NCBI GenBank assembly: GCA_965153455.1 | Contig: OZ234493.1 | Location: forward strand, 29,068,213-29,132,212 | DNA: 64,000 nt | Reading direction: 5' to 3' | DNA from: Sphagnum compactum | Taxonomy: Eukaryota | In this document: piece by piece, positions 1-11,409 of the stretch | Numbering within the stretch: position 1 is the stretch's first letter | How the letters are laid out: every line of letters starts with the position of its first letter | The notes under the pieces: generated by a model | What the model was told of the DNA's origin: nothing | Database searches by the model: none | The model's input: the letters and a program-made list of their open reading frames with translations, nothing else | Program-made: the position numbers and the translations under genes

Positions 1-2704
1 TGTCATCGAAACATAACTACTCCTATGTTTATATGAAATAATAACAATTTTGCAAGCCATATGCACCTTGTGGACAATATATGTATTTTTCATGATATAG
101 GAATTGTTTCTACAATAGAAAAGAAACAAGATTGCCCCTGAATTACCTATTGGGAATTTGAACACAATAACTCAAGCTAGTGGTTAATTAATGGGGATAA
201 TAAAGATGATGATCAATTACCATTTCCCTATAGAAACTTGTAGAATGGGGTTATTGATCTACTAAATATATATTCATAAGAGCCAAACGCATAAATAGGT
301 TGGTAATAATCCCAAGTATAAATATGTTGCAATTATATAACAATATAAATTGTTAATTATATATTTTGAATTATGTGATGTAGTCTAAAAAGTAATTTTG
401 ATTAATATCCAAATAAAATAATGCAAATATCGTGGCATGACCTTCATGTATTTTACACCTTTATTTTTATGTCATGGAATGCACCTTTATGCCCAATTAT
501 ATCAAGTGTGTGGTTAATAGGCTCATCCAATGACCTCTTGTTTGGCATAAATAATTAATTATTGGTGAATTTGGATAGTTCATGACATTTATTATTTTTC
601 TAAATATCAATACACTATGTTTTGAAAAAGTGAATTTATTTTTCATCTCATTAATTTATATCCTTAAAATTAAAAAAATCTACAAGGACACCTATGAATT
701 TTATCAATTTAATTTCTATTGATTCATTAGGTTGCAAATCTATTTAAAAGAAATCCAATCTTGGGTCTTTTTAAAAAGAAAACATGTTGTCAATTTAGTT
801 GATATTTTATGAAAAACTAGTTTCAAATACCACCATAGTGGAATCTCACAAGCATCCAAATATAAGTGAACAAGATACCCTAAAGGATTCATAAATATGT
901 GCATGTGAATTTATGAATGTTTACATTATCTATCAATTGAAGAAACTAGTTTGTTGAGGTAGGTAGTTTGTTTGTTGTGTTGAAATCTCCCAAATTGTGG
1001 TGCCCTCCATCATGTTATTGGTATTGTTGGAAAGCCCTTGAAACATATGATACAATATCAACTACACTACAGGTTTGGCAAAAGAGAAATGAATTCCAAA
1101 TTTTTTTTAGCCATCTTGAGATTTTCCCCCAAAAAACCATGTAGACTTTTGATGTTAAAGAGTTGACCCAAATCCAAGTTGAAACTAATGATGTTTTGCC
1201 AATATGAAAAACAATTTTGTCACATGTTTATAAATTAAGGATTAAGGATATGCAATCACAATTAATTTTAACTTGCATTCACATTGAAGTTTCTAATGGA
1301 CCATCGCATATTGTAGTACCTTTTTTAGGTTCAACATTAATGTGCCGAATAATTAATATAATTTGAAGATTCTGATTTGGCACTTGAGTTTTTGATTAGG
1401 AAAATTTTGGCATATAAGGAATAAATTCAATATTATTGTTATTGTATTCATCAATTTCCTGTTGTGCTTTTGGTTAGATTAACGAAAAGCTTCATTACTG
1501 TGTTGAACTAATTGTGGGTTCGAATTTGGCCACTATGATTGAATTTTTGAGATTTTTGACATTTAATGTTTTTTTTTGAAAAATTCGGCCAAAGTGAAAA
1601 TAATGTAATTTGTGCAAAATTTGAAAATGTAATATAGTAATAATATTAAAAGCCTCCTTTTGATTAAACAAAAATTCAATGCATGCTAATTCTTTTCATC
1701 ATTGTTTTTTTCTTAGGTACATGGAGGGTAGTTAATACCAACTTGTGAGAAACATTCAAAATAATTGATTGTTTTACATGTATGAAAATTGGCAACTTTG
1801 AGAACCAATTGAATTTGTAAAAATAAACATCCTAATACCCTAGTTGATTTTCACAAGACCTAATTTTCTTGGAATGAATTAGATCAATATTTAAAAATTT
1901 ACAAAAAAATCGAAACTATTAGTTTTCACAAAAATGTGAGAACCACCCGACATTGGTTTAAATTTTAAACCATAGTGTAAAAGTTATTGAATATTAAACA
2001 AATTTTTAATTGAAAATTTCATAAACCCAAACCTAATTTATTCAAGGGAAATTAAGGTCCATTCCTTGTATTGTTGGAAAGTGTTCAATGAATAAGATTT
2101 TATGGTGGTTTCATAATTTATAAACATAAGGTGAAAGAGATATTGAATTTTGAATAATCTTTGTCATTATAAATTCAATAAAAATTAATGAAATCAAAAC
2201 TAATTTTTTAAAAGTTCATAGTTGGGCCAACAACAAATTTCACACTAATTGTTTATTATTAAACAGGAGTAATTACGCCAAAACCTTAGTTTTATGATTG
2301 CCATTCATGATTACATGACTAGGTAGTCAATACCTATTCGTTTCTACCATCTAATTATGAACATGGTCATGTGACATCAATGACTATGGTCAAGTTTGAT
2401 ATACAACGAGAGACATGATTACAACATGACAAACATGTGACTATAGACATGACACATGGCCTTTATTCAAATAGCTTAGCATAGATGCTTAGGTAGGTAG
2501 GTAGGTATGTAAGATCATATTTTGTTGGGGAGATGCTTAATATTTGATTGGTTCATCCCAAATGGCATTTGCACTTTGAATGGTTCTAATGCAAATTATG
2601 TGCAATTTATTCTTTCATCTAATTATGCAATTTACACAATTGGAGTTGTGGACAAAAGATATGGGATAAACTTTACAAAACACTCCACATCCTTTGTCCC
2701 ATAC

Positions 2705-3280
2705 AAAAGTAACCTACCTACTTCCCCATATTACTTAGCCCACTTACCTACTACATATTACATATCCTACTTATTACATATTATTTACTTACCTAACTTA
2801 AGCCTAAATGAAATAATATATGTAAGTAGGTATACAAATATGTATTTAACATAGCTAACTTACCTTAACATACCTACCTCCATAGCTTAATTAATTAATT
2901 ATTCACCATTCTTTATGTAGGTAAATTATATATATCTAATATTAGTTACTTAGTCTAGCTAGGTAGGTAGGTAGGAAGGTTAGGAAGGTAGGTAGATAAG
3001 TGGACTAAGTAGGTAGCCTAAGGTAGGCAAGGTAAATATGTAACCATATGTAGGTAGGTAGGTAATTTAAGCTAGACTAGCTAGGTAATTGGGTAGGATA
3101 AGTAGGTATAATGTTGGTTAGGTAGGTAGAGTAACCTAGTTAAATAGTCTAAATTAAGTAAGTAGATATGTAAATAGCCAAAGCTACCTACTTAACCTAC
3201 CTATGTTCCTACTTAACTTAATTGATTATTTTATTACGTACCAATTTACTTATATATGTACCCATGACCTACCTAATTTA
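2705..3280. repeat. TACC/GGTA-rich low-complexity blocks in alternating orientation
   Basis: TACCTACC-rich 2705-2880, AGGTAGGT-rich 2950-3175, TACC-rich again 3180-3280. Confidence 0.7.
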
Positions 3281-3874
3281 TTAATCAACTTCTAAACGAT
3301 CAATATTACCCACGTAATTTTAGTTATGATTATCATTGTTGATTGTGAAATATTATAATCATGTAATGTAAAGCAGGATTAAGAATGGTTGACCCACCCA
3401 AAGACATGTCTTGTATGATTACATAATTAAAAATAAGACATAATCACAAAATGGCCTGAGATCATGAATGCTAGGTTTTGACATAGTTCAGTTTTTTTTA
3501 CATAAGTTTGTTTTGATTTTGTGTTGGGGAAGTCGAATTAAGTTCATCTCAACTACATAAACATATTCTAGATCCATATAGAAATTAATGAGTTTTTAAG
3601 TGGATGTTGATTCTCAAGCCCACATCAATTTGGTCAAATTTTAGTCCATTTTCTACATGGATTTTGAATGGATTCTAAATTAACCAAGTTGATCCTGAAT
3701 GTAGTTCTAACTATCCAATTTTGGATCAATTTCATCTCAATTTCATTCAATTTTGATTGATGTTTTGATATGATATATATTCAATTTGTTTAAACCAAAT
3801 CTATTCCAATTGAATTCTAGAAAAGTTGGACTCTCCCTACATATGTGGATTTGAATGTTATTCAAAAAATTAAC

Positions 3875-4640
3875 TTCATAAAGATGGATGAAAAAGTGAG
3901 AAAGAAAAAAAAGGAAAAGAAAATGCATGTAAAAGAAATCAAGCATGGTAGATGGGTGAAAGCATTGGGGGGGGGGGTTTCCAGTAATAATTACCAAAAA
4001 AAAAAAAGAAGAAAGAAAAAAGGTTCATAAAAAACAAAACAACTTGTGTTTTTTTTATTTGAAAAACAAGTTCATAAAGATAGATGAAAAAATGAAAGAT
4101 GAAAAAGAAAAGAAAAGGAAAAGAAATCACGCAAGTGACAATGGGTGAAACATGGGGGGAATTGTAATAGTAAGCCCCAAAAAAATTAAAAGAAAAACAA
4201 AAGGGGTTCATTTAAAAGAGAGAGAGAGAGAGAGAGTGTGTGTTTTCTTAAAATTCACAAAGATGGATGAAAAGAGTGAAGAAGGAAAAAAAAACATGTG
4301 TAAAAGAAATCATGCATGTTAGAATGGGTGAATCATTAGGGTCACCATAATAATAAGCCAAAAAAAAAAGAAAAAAAAGAGAGAAAAGGGGTTCACAAAA
4401 AATATAAATAAAATCATGTGTTTTAGAGGAAATAAAAAATAAAAAATTGGGTTTAAAAAAAAACATACCAACTTGTGTTTAGGGAAATAAAAAATCAACT
4501 TGTGTTTTGAAAAAAAAGAGGAAAATTTTAAATTTTTTTTTGCATAAAGATGGATGAAAAAAGGTGAGGACGGAAAAAGGAAAAAGGAAAAAAGGGGTGG
4601 AAAAGAAAACGAAAAGAAAACGCGTGCAATTAAAAGAAAT
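3875..4640. repeat. A-rich tandem repeat, 4 units of about 190-290 bp
   Basis: Unit head T(T/G)CA(T/C)AAAGAT(G/A)GATGAAAA at about 3875, 4071, 4254 and 4541. Confidence 0.8.
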
Positions 4641-4860
4641 ATTATACATGCTAGGTAAGTAGGTAGGTACGTAGGGTACGTACGCGCAGTCAGGTACAAA
4701 CGCGGTTTGTCCCTGCTTTAAACGGGAAGAAGACGAAGACGAAGAAGAATCGACGAAAGAACCAGAAGGGGGAGGGGAAGAAAGGGACATGCAGTGATGC
4801 TCACTCGCTCACACCCCACACGGTTTTGTAACGGGATAGAGAGAAACGATCACGTACGTG
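4620..4860 (+). promoter_or_regulatory. Cluster of CGCG-box (CAMTA-type) and ACGT-core motifs upstream of the CML gene
   Basis: ACGCGT 4620, ACGCGC 4682, ACGCGG 4700 and palindrome CACGTACGTG 4851, at the edge of CpG-poor DNA. Confidence 0.45.
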
Positions 4861-5022
4861 TTTCACACAGATTGCGATTGCGATTGCGATTTTTTTTCTC
4901 AAACGCCAAAAAAATATCTCCAAACGAGCATCGATCACACAAATCCCGCATGCGACGAACGAGCCAGCGAGCGAGCGGAGCTTTCGAGCCGTGTAAGCTG
5001 GAGGCAGTTTCAGTCTTGGTAG

Positions 5023-5511
5023 GTAAGAGCTTGCTCGCTGTGGTGTTGGTTGGTTGGTTGGTTGGTTTCCACAAATATATATATGTACAAATATATAGAT
5101 ATATATTTTCTCTCTCTCTCTATAAGATGAGTTCTCTCTTGTGATCTTTATGATCATGTTTTGAATGAATTGTTTCGTGAGTGAGAAAAAGAAAGAGAGA
5201 TAAACGAAGAGTTTTCTGTGTGTGTATGTGTATTATCGAAGGAAACGGAAGCAAGGAATTGAGGAGGAAAACTCGAAGTACTACCTATTACTGTATGATT
5301 CGGTTCTTTTGAAAGTGGAAGTAGAGAAGAGAAGCTTAGCCTAGAGGAGAAAAGCTCAGCGTCCTAAGTACTGTGTGCTTCGATTCTTTTGATCTGTTTC
5401 GGATCTTTGTTAAAGAAAAGAGTTCCGAGTTTTAGAAAGGGAAGAGGAGGAGGGGGAGGGGGCGGAACTTTTAAGGTTTTCTGATTGCGCATCGGTGCAG
5501 TCATTGTACAG
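5023..5511 (+). other. Probable 5'-UTR intron of the CML gene
   Basis: Strong donor AG|GTAAGA at 5023; candidate acceptors TGCAG (5500) or TACAG (5511) just upstream of ATG 5567. Confidence 0.5.
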
Positions 5512-5566
5512 GCGCTGTTTTTCCTACTACGTCGTCTCTGAAGAAGAAACATCAAGTCGTAACATA

Positions 5567-6328
5567 ATGCTGAAGGCTTTTTGGAAGAAGAAACTGCAGG
5601 CTGCAAGCTCCCACTCGACATCGTTGTCTGACTCATCCCGAGAGTCAGTTTCACCAGGCTCAAATCTCCCTACTCCTTCTTCTACTTCTTCTTCATCTTC
5701 TTCCGCAAGGACAGAGACGACGACGATCGGAAGGAAGTCTTCGCAGAATGCGAATATCCTATCCAGGTTCGCGAGCAAATCGAGCTTGAAATCCAAGAAA
5801 GGCAAGGAGTCGGTGGTCATTCAACAGAGTCGATCTCTTAAACAGGAGAAAAACGAGGAGGCAGAGTTGGCGAAGGCTTTTGCGATCTTCGATGTCAACA
5901 ACGATGGTCGAATATCAGCATCGGAGCTTGGTTTGGTGCTCCGTTCGCTGGGTGACAATCCGACAGAACAGGAGCTTCAAGCGATCATACAGCATGCGGA
6001 TGCAGACGGTGATGGCTTCATAGGTCTTCAAGAGTTCATTGACGTCAACACGTCAGTAGCGTGTCAGTCTTCGTCTTCGTCTGTCGCATCAGTCAGCGGA
6101 GCACAGCCATCAGCGGAAGAGGACTCTGTGCACGTTGCCTTCCACATGTTCGACAAGGATGGGAACGGCTATATCTCCGCAGAAGAGCTTCACGCTGTTC
6201 TGGTCGGTCTTGGCGAGCGCGGCCATACGCTAGAAGACTGCCGCGGCATGATCAGCTGTTTCGACAAGGATGGCGATGGATTTGTTGATTACGAGGAGTT
6301 CCAATCCATGCTCGGTGTCTTCAGTTGA
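5567..6328 (+). CDS. Calmodulin-like calcium-binding protein (CML), 253 aa, 4 EF-hands, Ser/Lys-rich N-terminal extension; coding region intronless
   Basis: ATG at 5567 inside ORF 5495..6328. Four canonical EF loops: DVNNDGRISASE, DADGDGFIGLQE, DKDGNGYISAEE, DKDGDGFVDYEE. Also the CML-typical ELGLVLRSLG and CRGMI..FDKDGDG segments. Confidence 0.93.
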   Translation: MLKAFWKKKLQAASSHSTSLSDSSRESVSPGSNLPTPSSTSSSSSSARTETTTIGRKSSQNANILSRFASKSSLKSKKGKESVVIQQSRSLKQEKNEEAELAKAFAIFDVNNDGRISASELGLVLRSLGDNPTEQELQAIIQHADADGDGFIGLQEFIDVNTSVACQSSSSSVASVSGAQPSAEEDSVHVAFHMFDKDGNGYISAEELHAVLVGLGERGHTLEDCRGMISCFDKDGDGFVDYEEFQSMLGVFS

Positions 6329-9300
6329 TGCAGAGACAGAGAGAGAGAGAGAGAGAGTGAAGAACGTATGAGAAGTCTTCAGTCCTCAAGGATACAGTCG
6401 CAAACTTTGCCAGACTTCAAACCTTGAGTGGAATTCTGCCGCATGCCATCACAAAGCCCAATGTGTGGATGCCAGTCAATGTTGCAGTACTTCTCTCTCC
6501 AGGCAGAACCAACAATCTCTTGTCCTTGTTCCTGGGATTCACGAAGCGGCCTGATGTGAGTAATAGACCTGGAGTGAAAGATTCATGGTGGGTTTTGTGA
6601 GCTTCAAAGTGGCCAGGAATGACATTGATTCAAGGGTTCTGAATGGGAAGTCTGTGAGGATTTTGAAGGTGAATCCTCACATTCTGTGGTATGGGTCTCA
6701 CATTCTATGGGCCATCTTGAGGTCCATTATGGCGGAACATCTTCTTGCCTGCAACAAGCTTCGAGAGTTGGGAGTTGCTGCTACTTGATGCAATTTTGTT
6801 ATGGGGCCAGATGAGAGCAATGAGAAGGCATTTAAGCTTGCACAAAACTTGTGATTCAAAGCAAACAACATACAGCATGGTTGAAGAAGGCTTTAAAAAG
6901 TTTTTCCCACCTGTACCAGCCAGCATGTATGTAATAAGAGAGAAGGTCTGGGTTGTTTGTTTTAAGCAAAGAGAAGGAAAATTGTGCAACATAGACCAAA
7001 CAGGATTGACCCATTTTCCTTGCAGCAGATGTATCACTATGTTTGTCACATTAGGAAGAAAACAGGAGGTTGGAAGTTTTACCAAAGTACTAACTCCACA
7101 AGAGGAAGGAAAAGGGTGGAATTCCAGCAAAGCCAAAAGGGCTTGTAAGGTATGGATAACTCACAAAATCAATGTACCGACTTTTTGGTCATTCAATTTC
7201 AGTCTTCTGCTGTTGGGTTGTTGATGCATTGCTGTTATTTCATTTAACTAGTAAGCTAATTTCACTGATGGGGGTAGGCCATAGCCTGTTGCTAGGGAAT
7301 CAAACTGGAAAACTCTCAAGTTCTTGTTTGGTAATTTATTTTCTGAGCTGTTTGTAAGTGTTTTACCTTGAAAGGCACTCTATTGGTGGTGTAATGAAAT
7401 TGCTGTTACATCTGGTTTGTTCTGAGCCCTTTACAAAGAGCATGCAGGACAGGGCCTTCTGAATCCAGGAGGCAAGAATTGACCTTAAGTACCATGTCAC
7501 AGTTTATGTTTTCAGACATGCACAATGTGATTGTGTAAGATATTGGAGGTGGTGTGCACCAAGTTAGCCAATTTTATTCTCATCAGGACTCTTCCACCGA
7601 TGTAAGTGTTTTCTCCATGTTCCACACTGAAGAAAATTTCCTTCTTTCTCATGATTTGGAATTGCACAGCTTGTCATGGTTGTTTTGAAGTAGTGCTCCT
7701 CTCTCAAGGGATCTTAATAGAGCTCATGTGGAAGGCAGGTTGAGCAGCTGGGTGTGATTTGGGGCTCGAGGCTCAATCTGGATATTCAATATCCAGGACA
7801 AGAATGTGACCAAAGAAGCAAGCAAGAGTAGAAAGATTGAGTGTGTCATGACATTTCAACCACTGCAAAATCGGGTTGGTATTTTCAGTCCCAAGTGGAT
7901 GATGCATTGAGTATTTAGGAACTACAACTTCAATCATAGTGCTATGTATGCAATTGATGCCAGCTCTCTGTGGGTCTAATTATCTCATAGATTGTACTTC
8001 TCTTATGCTAATCTGGTGTTTGAAATACTAGGAACCACCTCTGAAGACTGTTGATCATTCCTATGAACCTCAAACTCCTTTCTGTTTTAGGTGGTGTTTC
8101 TACAAGGTTTTCAATTCACAAATCGTGATTTTTGATTTCAATTCTTTTTTTTCTTTAAGATGGATATATGGTTCAAATTGCACATCGAATGTTGACAATA
8201 ATGTTATAACAATTTACAAAAAGCAATGCTTTATTAAAAAATATGAATGTCCAAATTGGACAACACATAAATAAGTCATAAGTTAGATAACATTCAAATT
8301 TGAATGATTCATCACAATTTGACCCGATTAAATTGTATCTAAGAAAACAACATTATTATTTGTTTCCAAATTAACTTTAAAGAAGTATTTTTGGTTAAAC
8401 ATTCATGAATTGTTATAGCCTTTGTTTACGTTTTCTTATCCTCTTTTTTTTTCATTGCTTGCTACAATTGTTTTTGATGGTTGTCATATTTTTGTTTTCT
8501 CCTCGATATTTTATGTCTTTTATGTGAATCCTATCGTCATTCATTATTTTAGATTTTGTAACCTTTTCATTTGTTTGATTATTTTTTTGACCACTTTGAA
8601 CATTTTAGCTTCTTTGATGTTGCGAAATGTTCAATTTTGTTTTGTTTTGTGTTTTTGAGCCTCCAAAACCCAATTCATACGAAAGCCATTTAATTGGCAA
8701 TGCACACATTTTGCAAACATATGCAAGCCATCACCAAATCCTAAATGTGACACAATGAAATATTTATTTTTGAGTAGAATTTTACAACTTTTTAAAAATA
8801 TTTCAAAAGCTCTTTTCACTACTATTTTTGTATTTGATTGGATAAAATTTTAATGTGCTTGATATTTTGATAGTTCATCTTTTTCTACTTTTGAATGGAG
8901 AATAGAACCATAACCACATTGAATAAGTGACATCTCTTCTCAACTTGTAAGGTAAAAATTTGTCTTTCGTTACACAACTTTCTAAATTTGTTTTCAAATG
9001 AAAACATAATCGTGAATACTACCTACTCACCAATATTTAGAATCCCAAAAACTACACTTTACATTTACAACTCTCTTGGAATCAATATTAAATAAAAACC
9101 TTTAAAAAAAAATGATTTTGAATTTATTTTAGGTGCAATAATTAGAATATGACTACCATCTATAGCACCTAGAATACAAAGAAGTCTACATAAACTTTCA
9201 AAATTACTAATGATTTATTTGATCTTGTTTCTAGTCAATTTAAATATCACCAATGGTTTCAAAGCACATAAATTCTTTTAGTGTAATTAATGTCATACTT

Positions 9301-10105
9301 TACAATGCCAGAGACTTCTTCAAAGTTGATTTTTCATGTATTCTTCTCATACCTTCATATGCTCTGAACTCTTGGTGACATGCCAACAAACTCTGCAAAA
9401 AGCAACAATACATCCATCATACTCCAATGTTGTGCAATAGTTAATGAAACCATTTTTGCAATGACTCAATGCATTGCCATAATAAAACTTAAAACCACCA
9501 ATATCTTGTGCTTATGCTAGCAAGAAAAAAAAAAGAGAATTAAAAAAAAGAAGAAATGTCATCCTAATCCTCTCACTTGTGAATGTCACATTTTTACAAA
9601 TTGGACCCAATGCCTTTAGACACACTCTTACCTTACAATTATTAATTTTTTTCAAATGTGAAGAAGGGTCCAATTCAAGGATTCAATTTTGGACCTTAAA
9701 CCATCATTTAGTGGTCCTCAGAGTTATCCTGCAAACTAAACCCAGTTTGGACCTTTGTTTTCCATCTCACGCCCCAATCAGAATACATACTAGTGTTTGT
9801 GTTTAGGCAGTTCTTTACGTTTATGAAGAGCCTCCAGTTTAGGTTTAAAAAAATAAATTAGAACAAACTTGATTCTGGTTTGCACAATTAAATGGGAATC
9901 TGGGTCTGGTTCTTTGGAAAAAATAAGTTCTGGGGTTGTAGTAGCAAAGGGTAAACTGACATTAAACCACTGTTGGCTTCCATTCCAACAACAGACATGA
10001 CTTCTTCCTCCAACAATAGGCCTTGACACTTGGATGTGATAATCACACCTGAAAACTCATGTTAAATTATGGTAGATGTCACATATATCTGATATAAATC
10101 TTATA

Positions 10106-10355
10106 TTAAGGTCCACGGTGGCAGATCATGTCATTTTCTTGATCACATTATATGACATAATCTTCCGGTTATGATCATATGATTGTAATATAGATGTTTC
10201 TGTTCAACATGAATCAGAAAAGAAAATTGCTGAATCTGCCATCCCAGATCTTAATGTCATGGAATGCTTCACACTTGCCTGTTATGTTGGGCAAGGCACC
10301 TAGCTTGCTTGCTGTGACATGCTTGGTTGGTGCCTTGCCCAACATAATGGGCAAG
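10106..10355. mobile_element. Copy of a ~160-bp MITE-like repeat plus adjacent hairpin module
   Basis: TTAAGGTC..GGTGGCAGA...TCTGCCA.CCC..A.CTTAATG.CATG.AATG. Homologues at 15657-15822, 49066-49247, 51761-51938 and 51935-52088. Confidence 0.75.
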
Positions 10356-10840
10356 CCATAAGGAGGATATGAACTCTAAAGCCAGAAACCAAATACTAAA
10401 CACAAGACACAATTATTGTCTCACATACAAAACAACAGCTAATTTACCACCACCCTCCCTCCAAGTGATATAATGCTCACTTTTTCTCGGACTTAATATT
10501 ACATACTTTTCCAATGTGCAGAAATTCACTAGATTTGCACTCCATATCACCAGTCATGATACTCCATACTAGTGCCTAAAGGAAGCTGAGCTAAAGCTCC
10601 ATACTGGGCAAAGGTAACAGCAGCTGCTAGCACCAACTATACATCCCCTTTTTTTTGTCTTTCTTTTTTTTGTTGTCTATAATATTACCTCCCCTCATTC
10701 AGAACAAGATGTCAGCATGCTATGCCTTGACAATTAGACATGAACAAAAGTGGTGGATCCCATGGTTCACTTGCTATCACCTAATTATTTGCAGCAAACA
10801 AATTGGCAATGGGTTTTTAAATCATCATATTCTATACATC

Positions 10841-11400
10841 TGAATTTGAAGTTGTCAAGATCCTTGATCCAAGTAGCTTTTGAAGTTGTAGATCCTTAGA
10901 AGCCAAAGCGCTTTTTTGAAGTTGTGGACAGATTGCTTCAAGCCAAAGCAAATTTTAAAACTTGTAGAGAGATTGTTAGAAGCCAAGCAAATGTTGAAGT
11001 TGTAGCAAGATCCTTTGAAGCAATTTTTCAAGTTATTGAGAGATCATGCTTTGAAGCCCAAGCAACTTTTGAAGTTGTAGTAGGGATGATCCTTGAAAGC
11101 AACTCGTGAAGTTGTAGAGGTCCTTTGACGCCAAGCAATTTTTTCAATGTTGTAGAGACATTCTTCCAAGCAAATCCAATTTTTGAAGTTGATCCTTGGA
11201 AGCCAAGAAGCAAATTCTGAAGTTGTAGCAAGTTGTTGCAAGAAGATCCTTTCTTCCAATCAAATTTCTGAATTTGTAGCAACATCCTTTGAAGCAATTT
11301 TCAAGTTTTAGAGAGATGGTCCTTCCTTCCTTCCAACCAAGCAAAGCAATTTTTGGGAAGTCGTAGAGAGACCCTTTCCTTCCTTGCCAAGAATTGTTTT
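10841..11400. repeat. Degenerate ~35-42-bp minisatellite just downstream of the WDL stop codon
   Basis: Roughly 14 copies of TTTTGAAGTTGTAG..AGATCCTT..AAGCCAAGCAA. Confidence 0.8.
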
Positions 11401-11409
11401 TTGGGTGTT

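Noticed and set aside
3743..4790. Phe-rich or Lys-rich ORFs that look like membrane proteins
   Set aside because: Translations of A/T homopolymer-rich tandem repeats.
6705..7224. 159-aa and 143-aa overlapping ORFs downstream of CML
   Set aside because: No recognisable motifs and non-ATG starts; probably 3' UTR or intergenic.
10841..11400. CRISPR-like repeat-spacer appearance
   Set aside because: Units are degenerate along their whole length with no unique spacers; eukaryotic context and no cas genes.
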